NCBI GenBank assembly: GCA_025612245.1
Contig: JAAXKQ010000005.1
Coordinates: 70,009 to 134,008 of the forward strand
DNA: 64,000 nucleotides
From: Ignavibacteria bacterium
GTDB lineage: Bacteria; Bacteroidota; Ignavibacteria; Ignavibacteriales; SURF-24
Reading direction: 5' to 3'
Part shown: in pieces, positions 25,095-34,644 of the stretch
Position numbering within the stretch: the first letter of the stretch is position 1
Layout of the letters: each line of letters starts with the position of its first letter
The notes under the pieces: model-generated
Told to the model about the DNA's origin: nothing
What the model saw: the letters and a program-made list of their open reading frames with translations, nothing else
The model's database searches: none
Translations under genes and position numbers: made by a program

Positions 25095-26105
25095 TTATTT
25101 CCTGATGCTTTTGCGTTCACTGTCTAGCATGGCCATCTGGTGTTCGTTGTATCGGCTGCCTTTTGCGGCTCCCATGGGAATGGCGCGTTCTATTTCCTCC
25201 AGGTCACTTTTACTGAGTTTAATATCGAGCGCCTTCAGTGCCTCATGCAGCCGTTCTTTCCTGCGGGCTCCTACAAGGGGTACTATGTCAGCGCCGCGTG
25301 AGAGGACCCAGGCAATTGCAATCTGTGCAACCGTAACATTTTTTCTTTCCGCAACTTTTCTTAAAGCCTCGACAAGCAAGAGGTTATGTTCCAGGTTTTC
25401 TTCATTGAAACGGGGACTGAACCTCCGGAAATCATTCTGTTCAACGTTACGTTCTTTCGACCAGTGCCCGCTTATCAATCCGCGCGACAAAACCCCATAG
25501 GCCGTTATTCCGATCCCAAGTTCCCGGCAGGCCGGAAGTATTTCATCTTCAATTCCCCGTGAGATAAGTGAATACTCGATCTGAAGGTCGCTGATCGGGT
25601 GGGTTGAATTTGCACGTCGGATGGTATCTGCACCGACTTCGGAAAGGCCTGCATATCTTACATAGCCTGCCTTAATCATGTCTGCAATTGCGCCGATTGT
25701 CTCTTCTACAGGAACGTTTGGGTCCATTCTTGCAGGGCGGTAGATATCTATGTATTCCGTCCTGAGCCTTTTAAGAGAATATGCCAGGAAATTTTTAACC
25801 GCCTGAGGCCGTGCGTCATAACCCATCCAGTTACCTTTGGGGTCTCTCATCCCGCCGAACTTAACGCTAAGAAAAACCTTTTCGCGCTTGTGGCCTTTTA
25901 GCGCCTCTGCTAAAAGCATTTCATTATGCCCCATACCGTAAAAATCCCCAGTGTCAAGGATGTTAATCCCTCTTTCAAGTGCCTCGTGGATTGTTGAAAT
26001 ACTCTCCTTCTCGTCAGCAGGGCCGTACAGGTCAGACATCCCCATTAAGCCAAGTCCCATTGCCGAGACTTCTGGTCCCTGTGGGCCAAGTTTTCGCGTG
26101 TTCAT
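25095..26105 (-). CDS. Aldo/keto reductase
   Basis: 336 aa. GLGLMGMS, INILDTGDFYG (catalytic Asp/Tyr region), FLSVKFG, YIDIYRPARMDP, and a C-terminal AQIAIAWVL...VPLVGAR. Confidence 0.85.
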   Translation of the reverse strand: MNTRKLGPQGPEVSAMGLGLMGMSDLYGPADEKESISTIHEALERGINILDTGDFYGMGHNEMLLAEALKGHKREKVFLSVKFGGMRDPKGNWMGYDARPQAVKNFLAYSLKRLRTEYIDIYRPARMDPNVPVEETIGAIADMIKAGYVRYAGLSEVGADTIRRANSTHPISDLQIEYSLISRGIEDEILPACRELGIGITAYGVLSRGLISGHWSKERNVEQNDFRRFSPRFNEENLEHNLLLVEALRKVAERKNVTVAQIAIAWVLSRGADIVPLVGARRKERLHEALKALDIKLSKSDLEEIERAIPMGAAKGSRYNEHQMAMLDSERKSIRK

Positions 26106-26496
26106 TTAACTCCTCTCCTTCTCTCTATATATATATCTGACTTAATGAAGTATTTTACTTCATCCTGAGGCTATTATCAAGGGAAAGAAAATAATCCTTG
26201 CCGGTTTTCCAGGCCTTGAAACAGACGCAATTGCAAGCAAGTTTCCTTTTCATACTAAAGCAGCCTTATCCGGGAAGGTTAAGCTTAGAGGAAATCACCT
26301 AAATAAACTTAAAAACGGCGCGCAGAAAATGAATTATTAAATATCGTACCGTCTTAAAGTCCAATTTATCTCTTGCCGTAGTGATCCGGATTGTGTATGT
26401 TGACCCGGTATAAATATATACGGATATGCCGTAATTAAGTTAGTATTTTGCCCGGATTCGGGGTAAGTATAATAAAGTTATTTAGTTGGGGAAATT

Positions 26497-27894
26497 TTGA
26501 AGCCGAAAATATGCACCATACTGATTTTGGCAAGCATTCTTTTTGCCGTTCCTTTTTCATGCCTTCATCCGCAGTTCATAAAGGTAAGGGACAACCACTT
26601 CATATTAAACGAAAAGCCGTATTACTTTGTCGGAACAAACTTATGGTACGGGTTCTATTTGGGGGCCCCTGAACCGAAAGGAAACAGGGAAAGGCTAGTC
26701 AGGGAGCTCGATCGCCTGAAGGCAATGGGCATCGATAATCTGAGGATACTCGGGGGCTCTGAAAAGTCGGACATAAAGAATTCAATAAAACCTTCTATAC
26801 AGCTTTCCCCGGGAGTCTACGACTCCACCTTACTCGAAGGTCTGGACTATTTCCTCTCCGAAATGAAAAAACGGGATATGCACGCAGTTGTAATTCTGAA
26901 CAACTACTGGGAGTGGTCGGGCGGTATGGCACAGTATCATTCGTGGAATGGTGGCGGAAAAGTGCCGGATCCGGAAGAGGATGGCTATGAGGATTTTATG
27001 GACTATTCGGCAGCCTTCTACAGGAATGAAGATGCCAACAGGAGTTTTATGAATTTTATAAAGTACCTCATTAACCGCAAAAACAGGTTTACGGGGCTGC
27101 GTTATTTTGAGGAGCCTGCCATCATGGCCTGGGAACTTGCAAATGAACCCCGCCCTGGAGGCAGCACCAGGAATGCAGGATATTATTATAAGTGGATCGA
27201 CACAACAGCCCAGTACATTCACTCAATTGATCAGAACCACCTCGTTACTACTGGAAGCGAAGGCACAATGGGTACCATGAATTCAGAGGATATTTACCTG
27301 AGGGCGCATCAGAGCAGGAATATCGATTATGTGACCTTTCACGTTTGGGCAAAGAATTCCAACTGGTTTAATGCCAGGCGCTACAAGGAAACGTACAGAC
27401 ATGCCCTGAGGAAGGCAGAAGAGTATATACAGGATCACATTGAGCTTGCCCGCAGGTTAAATAAACCTGTAGTAATGGAGGAATTCGGGCTGCCGAGGGA
27501 CCTCGAACTCTATAGGCCCGGAAGCGCAACCGCATCACGGGATAAATATTTTGCCATGCTTCTGGACCTGGTCTATCAGAGCGCCAGGGCAGGCTCACCC
27601 ATAGCAGGCTCGAATTTCTGGGGCTGGGGAGGTGAGGGCCGTTCAACAAACAGCGACTTTACCTGGAGACAAGGCGATCCTTTTGTCTGTGATCCTCCAA
27701 TGGAAGCCCAGGGGCTTAATTCGGTCTATGACACCGATTCTTCTACAATTAAGGTATTGATGGAAAAGGCGCTACTAATGAAAAGTCTGAGAGAAAATGG
27801 CACTATGGAGGAAGAAAATACTTCATTAGAAAATGATACTTTGCCGCAGAACATCCAGGATCCTACCCAACACAAGCCAAGGATCAGATACTGA
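26497..27894 (+). CDS. Glycoside hydrolase family 5 (mannanase-like)
   Basis: 465 aa with a TTG start and signal peptide. FVGTNLWYG, NYWEWSGGMAQY, acid/base WELANEPR and nucleophile region VVMEEFG. The start codon is uncertain. Confidence 0.75.
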   Translation: MKPKICTILILASILFAVPFSCLHPQFIKVRDNHFILNEKPYYFVGTNLWYGFYLGAPEPKGNRERLVRELDRLKAMGIDNLRILGGSEKSDIKNSIKPSIQLSPGVYDSTLLEGLDYFLSEMKKRDMHAVVILNNYWEWSGGMAQYHSWNGGGKVPDPEEDGYEDFMDYSAAFYRNEDANRSFMNFIKYLINRKNRFTGLRYFEEPAIMAWELANEPRPGGSTRNAGYYYKWIDTTAQYIHSIDQNHLVTTGSEGTMGTMNSEDIYLRAHQSRNIDYVTFHVWAKNSNWFNARRYKETYRHALRKAEEYIQDHIELARRLNKPVVMEEFGLPRDLELYRPGSATASRDKYFAMLLDLVYQSARAGSPIAGSNFWGWGGEGRSTNSDFTWRQGDPFVCDPPMEAQGLNSVYDTDSSTIKVLMEKALLMKSLRENGTMEEENTSLENDTLPQNIQDPTQHKPRIRY

Positions 27895-28171
27895 CTTCCT
27901 GCACCTTCCAGCAGCTAAATTTCCGGTTTATCCACGGGGGAAAAGCTGATAATGGGGAAAAAAGTACGCTGTAATTGATGTCCGTATTTTTTAATTAATT
28001 ATGTCCCCGAAATAAATTCAAGTAAAAGAAATTCGCGCAAGAACTGCCGATTTGCAGCAGTTTTTCTTCCGACACTGCCTTTCTTAAAAATCTATTGCCA
28101 GTGCTATAAATGTTTTTTGCCCTTTGAAAAATCCATTTGATATAAATAAATATTTAATCTATGGAGGGCCA

Positions 28172-31100
28172 ATGAAAAAAGCATTACTATGCCTGCTTTT
28201 ATGTGCATTTGTGCTGCCGGAGGTTTTTCCGGCAACCGGATTTGCGCAAGTTTCCCGGACGCCAGGGTCGGCAGGCACGACTCCGGAGTTTGAAGTGGAC
28301 AGCCTTGCTCCAGGCAGCGGGCCTACAACCGGGGGAACTGCTGTAAAGATTTTCGGGAAAAAGTTCTTACCCAATTCAGCCTATGAGGTTAACTTTGGCG
28401 GAATTCCGGGCAGCAACGTAACCCGAATTGACAACCGGACCTTAAGCGTCATTTCACCGCGCCATCCCTTTGATACTGCTGAGGTAAGTGTAGTAGATAA
28501 AACGGAAAACCCGTATGTGATAAAAATTGCTCCGGATAGTTTCAGATTTTTTCGTGTAGGCACAAAGCTGAGTGTACTTCCGGCCTCGGCCTATTACAAC
28601 GGAAGCGTTGAACTTAGTGCAACTCTAACCGATTCATCGGACTTGCCAATAGACAGCCAGAGTGTCACTTTCACTTTGAACGGAATTCCGGCCGGAACAG
28701 CGCTGACAGACAAGAACGGTCTTGCAAAGTTAAGCGTAAACCTAAACGGAGTCAGCATCGGCCTGCATCCGGGTTACATCGGAGCCGGCTTTGCCGCTAC
28801 TCCTTATTATAATTATTCTATGGCCGAGCCAAAAGACCTGACGGTTAATCCATCCTCAACGAGCTTAGTTGTAAAAGACGCTATTGGCACTTATGGGGGC
28901 ACTGTAACCCTGGAGGCAACACTGACGTTTGCAGGTGCCCCGCTTCAGGATAAGATGGTTAAGTTTACATTTAACAACTCAACATATCAGGCACAGACAA
29001 ACCCGGGCGGCCTTGCACAGGTCAACGGTGTCGGCATTGCCGGCTTTGAAACGGGAACGCACCCTGGCGTAATTATGGCAGAGTTTGCCGCAGCCGATGG
29101 TTATGAGTACAGTTCAGGAAGCGCAGGCCTTACAATTGAGCAGGCCCAGGCAGTAATCAGTGTCGACAACCTGCAGGCGGATTACGGCGCTACGCTTACG
29201 CTTAAGGCTGTACTTTCCTCAACCCCGGGTTTTCTTAAAGGGGAGACAATAAGCTTTACGATTGATGGCATAAGCCCCCAAAATAACATCGCCATTACAG
29301 ATGACAACGGGGTGGCATCCATAGCTGGTATTGATCCCATTCTTCTTGGCATCGGTGCCGGCAGCCACACAATTGCTGCCGGCTTTGCGGGCAATACCAA
29401 CTACAAGGCCGCCTCAGCTTCAGGCAGCCTGACCTTAAAACAGGCTTTAACAAATCTCAGCCTTGAGAACGTTGAGGCGGGCTATGGAAGCACAATTATG
29501 CTTAAGGCAAAACTTGTTTCATCTGTAACCGGGCTTGGGATAAAAGGTGTACAAATCGGTTTTTCAATTGAGGGAGGTCCTGCTATTGAGGCTGCCACGA
29601 CCAATGAAAGCGGTGAAGCCAGTAAGAGCGTCGAACTTGGTACAACTGTCGCCGGGAGCCATAATATTCTGGCAAGTTTTCAGGGGAATAACAACTATGC
29701 CCAAAGCCAGGCCTCAGCCGTTCTTAACGTTAAATTAGAACAGATCCCTACAACCATCACTTTCAATAAAGCTACGGGGGATTATGGTGGCAAAGTAACA
29801 CTTTCGGCCAAACTTACCACTTCACAGGGTTTACCCTTAAGCAATATGACGCTCCATTTCAAACTTAACGGGATAGACAAAGGTGATGCCCTGACCAATG
29901 CACAAGGAGTAGCTGAACTTCCTGAGGTTGGAGTTTCCGGGATTGATGCAGGGATGCATGAAAACTATGTTGAAGTCAGCTTTTCACCGCAGACAAGTAT
30001 TTATGCCCCAAGTGCAGTAAAAGGAAATCTTGAAATTATGCCGGCCGCAACAAAAATTGAGGTTACAAATGTAGAGAGCATCTATAGGGGCACGGTAACA
30101 CTTTCAGCCAAGCTTACCTCAAAGGTTACCGGGCTTGCCATTCAGGGCGAGACAGTTAATTTCTCCTTCAGCGGAGCCGGTCCTACGGGTTCAGGCCTTA
30201 CGGATGAAAATGGTATTGCAACAGTTTCCGGAGTTTCAGTGCCCGGTAATTTGGGCCCGGGCCTTCATTCGGGGGCTATTTGGGCCAGTTTCCCCGGGAG
30301 CCACAACTATAAGTTAAGCACCGGTGCCGGTGACCTTTCGATAAAGAAAACTTCAAGCCAGATTACCGTTTTAAGCGCAGCCGGCTTTTATGGCGCTATG
30401 GTAAGCCTTAGTGCAAACCTTAAATCGGGAAATTCAAATCTGTCCGGGCAGGTAATCAAATTTTACTTAAATGATATTTTCTCAGGCGAAGGCACAACCG
30501 GCAGTGACGGTGTGGCAAGCATAAATGCATCGCTGGGTTCAATAAATGCAGGAGTGTATCCTTCCGGCCTCAGGGCTCAGTATGATGGCTCGGAGACTTA
30601 TGCCTCTGCTTCAGCTTCAAACAGCCTTACCGTGGAGCGGGCCCCAACGAGCATTAGTGTAGAGGACGAAGAGCCTGAAAATATTGGAGACGTAACACTT
30701 AAGGCACGGCTTACTTCCGGAACAAAACCATTGCAGGGTGAGTTAGTTTCTTTTACGATAGATGAAAAGAGCCCCGTACTTAATACTGCAATGACCGATG
30801 AAAACGGACTGGCAAGCTTAAAAGGTATTGATCTTTCTTTATTGGGCATCACTTCGGGGACGCATGTAATTAAGGCTGCATTCGCCCCTTCAAGCGGAAA
30901 TTACTCAGGCAGCAGCGGAACAGGAACGCTGAAAATCCATTCCAACGGGACGAGCCTCACCGTAAATAGTCCTTCAGCTCCTTATGGCGGCAGTGTCATG
31001 CTTCGGGCAACACTAAGTTCATCGGGAAAAGCCATTAGCGGCAAGACGGTTTATTTCACCGTAAATAGCGTTGATGCGGGAAGCGCAACAACCAACGTGG

Positions 31101-34100
31101 ATGGGCTTGTAACAAAAGAGTTTAATTTGAGCGGCCTTAATGCAGGTAACTATCCAATTAAAGCAATATTCAACCCTATAGAAGGCTATGGCTACAGTGA
31201 AGCTGCTGGTACCCTTACCGTCACGCAGGCCGTAAGCAGGATTGCTGTAAATAAGTCAACAGGAACCTATGGCGGGAAAGTCACGCTTTCGGCAAAACTT
31301 ACCACACTTCAGGATGAGCCCTTAAGCAACGCGACTCTCCATTTCAGGCTTAATAATGAGGATATAGGCAATGCAGCAACCGATGCCTCCGGCGTGGCCA
31401 GAATAGCTGAAGTCGCCCTGCCATTAACGATAAACGCCGGGACATACAACGATTATATTGAGGCCGGCTTTTCGCCTCAAGGTGGCAATTATGCTCCAAG
31501 TGCGGCCAAAGGTCAGCTTGAAGTAATGCCCTTAGCAACAAGCCTTAGTGTGGATAATGCCGATGCCGGCTATGGAAGTACCGTTACGCTTACGGCCAGA
31601 CTTACCATACCAGGCGGGACGGGGCTTGGTAGCAAGACAATAGTTTTTAAGATCGACGGAAATGAGGTCGGAAGCGGAATAACGGCTTCAGACGGAAAAG
31701 CAATTGTGAATTATTCTCTGGGCAGTACAACTTCCGGTGAACACGTTATCAGTGCATTTTTCTCACCAGCTGCACCTGGCAATTACTCTTCAAGCACGGG
31801 AACGGCAAAGCTTACCGTAAGAAATCAGGCCACGAGCCTGAGCGTTAATAGTCCAACAGGCATCTTTGGAGGCAGCCTCACGCTGACTGCGGTATTAAAA
31901 AATTCTTCGGGTGCGGGTCTTGACGGCATGAGGGTTAATTTTTTCGTAAACGGGATTGCCGCCGGAACTGCAAAGACCGCCTCGGGAGGTATGGCAAACC
32001 TGTTATTCAGCCTGGCTGGTCTTAATGCCGGGATATACCCCATAAAAGCAGAATTTAATGGCGAAGGAGGCTATGGATACAGCTCGGCAACGGGGGATCT
32101 CAAAGTCCAGCCGGCAATTACGTTTATTGCTGTTACATCTGTCAGCGGCACGTATGGCGGAAATGCAGACCTTTCAGCGGCGCTGAGTTCACTGGGGGCT
32201 CCGTTAAGCGGAAGGACTCTCAGTTTCAAACTGAACGGGAAAGAGGTTGGAAGTGCCTTAACCGGTTCAAACGGAATTGCAATACTTCAGGGAGTAAGCC
32301 TGTCCGGCATTGATGCCGGGTTTTACAGCAACATAATCGTTGCCAGCTTTGCTGCCTCGGGCAATTATAATTCAAGCGTGGGGTCAGGCAATCTGACCAT
32401 AAAACAGGCCGCAACAAAAATTACGGTCTCCAAGGCTTTCGGAACCTATAACGGTTACGTCAGTCTTAGTGCAACTCTTAATGCCGCCTCATCAGGCCTA
32501 GCGCTTAGCGGCAGAACGGTTTACTTCAGGTTTAATGGAGTCGATAAAGGCAGCGCCCTGACGGATAATAATGGCGTGGCGACATTATCCGGGGTAAGCA
32601 TTGCCGGACTTGCTGCAGGCATGTATTACGATTATATTGAAGCCGCATTCTCTCCTTCAGGAGGTAACTACGCCCCGAGCAATGCTAAAGGCCACCTGGA
32701 AATTGGACCGGCTGCAACGAGTATTGCTTTGGATAAAGTTACCTCAGTCTACGGCAGTAAAGTCACTCTCAGTGCCAGGCTTACATCACAAGGAGTGCCC
32801 TTGGGTGGTAGAACAATAGAATTTATGCTCGGCAATGTATTTCTTGGCACTGCTCTAACAGACATAAACGGCCTGGCTACCAGGCAGGAAGTGGATTTAT
32901 CCGGAACTAATGCCGGCCTGTATCCGGGCTTTATCAGTGCAAGTTTTTCAGGAACAGACCTGTACAAGGCTTGCAGCAGTAAGGCTGACCTTGAAATAAA
33001 AAAGGCTGCAAGCGCGGTTACGGTGTTACCCGTAAGAGTGCAGTACTCAGACCAGGTTACTCTTACTGCAATAGTCACCTCACCGGCACAGGTAAACCTT
33101 AACTCGTCCGGAGGAAGGATTGAGCTTAAGTACCAGCTGGGAAGTGAGCCGGAAAAATTCCTGGCAAGTGTTACGTACTACAGCGTCATAAATGGCCGCC
33201 TGAACTTCTTATATACATTTACCTGCACGCTTGCACCCTGCAGCTATAAGATCCTTGCATTGTTTATTCCTTCAGACAACGTTAACTTTGACGGCTCGTG
33301 CAGCCAGTCTCCCTGGGGTCCGCTTACAGTTGAGAAAGAAAATGCACTCTCAGAATACAGAGGTTCGAGATACTTTCTGACACCTGCTTTGACTCCTTAT
33401 AACGCTTCCTTAAGTTTTAGTGCCACGCTTACCGATATGCCGGATGCTTTCCGTGGTGACATCTCAAAGGCTAAGGTTGAGTTTAAGGAAGTGCAGTCTG
33501 ACGGGCTTTTCGAAGAAGGAATTTCCCGCGGAAAGGATCTCCCGGTTCTGCTGACAAATCCTTCCGATCAGACCGTGGGAACTGCGGCAGGCCCGGTGTT
33601 TAACCGCGACTTAAGTCAGGGTGAAATAAATAATGAAGGTACTACTTTTCAACTCTACACTTTGCCAGACGGCTATTACTGCGGGCTGAGTGATCCGGTG
33701 CTTATTACGGTTTGTCTCCCGGGAAAAGACAATATTTCGGGCGGGGGATTTATAGTTCCTAATTCATCGTCGGGTGTGTACCGCAGTCAGACCGGCTCAA
33801 AAGCAGATTTCGGCTTTACGATGAAGTATACGCAGTCGGGAAGCAGTTCCTCTGGGCAGGCCAATATGGTTATACGCGGAGAAAACAATAAGATTTACCT
33901 CATAAAAAGCAGCCTCATTAGTACAGTTGCAGCCTATCTGATTCCTGATATGCCGGGCAAGGCTGCCAGTTTCAGCGCAAAGGCCAGTCTAACGGATATT
34001 ACGGATCCAAGGAAACCGGTTCTTTTGGCCGGGGATCTATGGCTAACGGTTGAAATGTACGACGAAGGCAAGGATAGGCAGAAAGATGCCGTTGCAATAA

Positions 34101-34549
34101 CACTTAAGGATGCAAATTCAGTGCTTTTGTATTCCAGCAACTGGGACGGAACAAGGACCTTCTCTCAGGCACTTTCAGAGCCTTTGGGGAGCGGGAACAT
34201 CAGGGTACTCAGTACAGAGGGTTCGGTAAGCGTGGAAGGGGGAAAAGCTATTCCCAAAGAATATGCCCTGTCCCAGAATTATCCGAATCCTTTTAACCCG
34301 AGTACCAATATAGAATTTGAGCTTCCGGAAGAAAGCAGGGTCGATATAGTAATTTATAACATACTTGGTAAGGAAGTGGCAAGACTTGCTGACAAGGAAT
34401 TCCCGGCCGGAAGGCATCAGGCGGTCTGGAATACTCAGAACAACGGTACTACAGTTTCATCGGGGATGTATATATTGCGACTTACGGCTAAATCCCTCAC
34501 AAGTCAGAGGAGTCTGATATCTACAAAGAAAATGATGCTGTTGAAGTGA
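28172..34549 (+). CDS. Giant surface protein: IPT/TIG domain, 16 tandem Ig-like repeats, C-terminal region and T9SS sorting domain
   Basis: Start moved to the ATG at 28172 (GGAGGG Shine-Dalgarno; signal peptide MKKALLCLLLCAFVLPEVFPATGFAQ). 2125 aa. Sixteen modules of about 95-100 aa with the pattern xYGGxVTLSAxLTS...GxAxTDxNGxA...AGxH...A.F.G..NY..S. C-terminus NYPNPFNPSTNIEFELPEESRVDIVIYNILGKEV. Confidence 0.9.
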   Translation: MKKALLCLLLCAFVLPEVFPATGFAQVSRTPGSAGTTPEFEVDSLAPGSGPTTGGTAVKIFGKKFLPNSAYEVNFGGIPGSNVTRIDNRTLSVISPRHPFDTAEVSVVDKTENPYVIKIAPDSFRFFRVGTKLSVLPASAYYNGSVELSATLTDSSDLPIDSQSVTFTLNGIPAGTALTDKNGLAKLSVNLNGVSIGLHPGYIGAGFAATPYYNYSMAEPKDLTVNPSSTSLVVKDAIGTYGGTVTLEATLTFAGAPLQDKMVKFTFNNSTYQAQTNPGGLAQVNGVGIAGFETGTHPGVIMAEFAAADGYEYSSGSAGLTIEQAQAVISVDNLQADYGATLTLKAVLSSTPGFLKGETISFTIDGISPQNNIAITDDNGVASIAGIDPILLGIGAGSHTIAAGFAGNTNYKAASASGSLTLKQALTNLSLENVEAGYGSTIMLKAKLVSSVTGLGIKGVQIGFSIEGGPAIEAATTNESGEASKSVELGTTVAGSHNILASFQGNNNYAQSQASAVLNVKLEQIPTTITFNKATGDYGGKVTLSAKLTTSQGLPLSNMTLHFKLNGIDKGDALTNAQGVAELPEVGVSGIDAGMHENYVEVSFSPQTSIYAPSAVKGNLEIMPAATKIEVTNVESIYRGTVTLSAKLTSKVTGLAIQGETVNFSFSGAGPTGSGLTDENGIATVSGVSVPGNLGPGLHSGAIWASFPGSHNYKLSTGAGDLSIKKTSSQITVLSAAGFYGAMVSLSANLKSGNSNLSGQVIKFYLNDIFSGEGTTGSDGVASINASLGSINAGVYPSGLRAQYDGSETYASASASNSLTVERAPTSISVEDEEPENIGDVTLKARLTSGTKPLQGELVSFTIDEKSPVLNTAMTDENGLASLKGIDLSLLGITSGTHVIKAAFAPSSGNYSGSSGTGTLKIHSNGTSLTVNSPSAPYGGSVMLRATLSSSGKAISGKTVYFTVNSVDAGSATTNVDGLVTKEFNLSGLNAGNYPIKAIFNPIEGYGYSEAAGTLTVTQAVSRIAVNKSTGTYGGKVTLSAKLTTLQDEPLSNATLHFRLNNEDIGNAATDASGVARIAEVALPLTINAGTYNDYIEAGFSPQGGNYAPSAAKGQLEVMPLATSLSVDNADAGYGSTVTLTARLTIPGGTGLGSKTIVFKIDGNEVGSGITASDGKAIVNYSLGSTTSGEHVISAFFSPAAPGNYSSSTGTAKLTVRNQATSLSVNSPTGIFGGSLTLTAVLKNSSGAGLDGMRVNFFVNGIAAGTAKTASGGMANLLFSLAGLNAGIYPIKAEFNGEGGYGYSSATGDLKVQPAITFIAVTSVSGTYGGNADLSAALSSLGAPLSGRTLSFKLNGKEVGSALTGSNGIAILQGVSLSGIDAGFYSNIIVASFAASGNYNSSVGSGNLTIKQAATKITVSKAFGTYNGYVSLSATLNAASSGLALSGRTVYFRFNGVDKGSALTDNNGVATLSGVSIAGLAAGMYYDYIEAAFSPSGGNYAPSNAKGHLEIGPAATSIALDKVTSVYGSKVTLSARLTSQGVPLGGRTIEFMLGNVFLGTALTDINGLATRQEVDLSGTNAGLYPGFISASFSGTDLYKACSSKADLEIKKAASAVTVLPVRVQYSDQVTLTAIVTSPAQVNLNSSGGRIELKYQLGSEPEKFLASVTYYSVINGRLNFLYTFTCTLAPCSYKILALFIPSDNVNFDGSCSQSPWGPLTVEKENALSEYRGSRYFLTPALTPYNASLSFSATLTDMPDAFRGDISKAKVEFKEVQSDGLFEEGISRGKDLPVLLTNPSDQTVGTAAGPVFNRDLSQGEINNEGTTFQLYTLPDGYYCGLSDPVLITVCLPGKDNISGGGFIVPNSSSGVYRSQTGSKADFGFTMKYTQSGSSSSGQANMVIRGENNKIYLIKSSLISTVAAYLIPDMPGKAASFSAKASLTDITDPRKPVLLAGDLWLTVEMYDEGKDRQKDAVAITLKDANSVLLYSSNWDGTRTFSQALSEPLGSGNIRVLSTEGSVSVEGGKAIPKEYALSQNYPNPFNPSTNIEFELPEESRVDIVIYNILGKEVARLADKEFPAGRHQAVWNTQNNGTTVSSGMYILRLTAKSLTSQRSLISTKKMMLLK
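28556..33335 (+). repeat. Array of 16 Ig-like coding repeats (about 290-nt period)
   Basis: Repeats were recognised in the translation. Some units are close at the DNA level (for example around 29790-29870 vs 31275-31355, both encoding GGKVTLSAKLTT...PLSN.TLHF). Confidence 0.85.
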
Positions 34550-34576
34550 AAGCGCGAGAAAAGATGGGGTATGCAT

Positions 34577-34625
34577 AAAAAAGCCCCCGGGAAAGATGTC
34601 AACACTACCCGGGGGCTTAAATTTA
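34577..34625. terminator. Bidirectional terminator between convergent genes
   Basis: 11-bp GC-rich stem AAGCCCCCGGG (34581-34591) / CCCGGGGGCTT (34608-34618). Preceded by an A6 run (a T-run on the minus strand) and followed by AAATTTATTT. Confidence 0.75.
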
Positions 34626-34644
34626 TTTGAGGTCTAAAGTGCAA

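Noticed and set aside
26126-26138. A (TA)6 microsatellite immediately upstream of the aldo/keto reductase start codon.
   Set aside because: It is short and sits in an AT-rich promoter region. It is most simply part of a -10-like element, and there is no evidence of phase variation from a single sequence.
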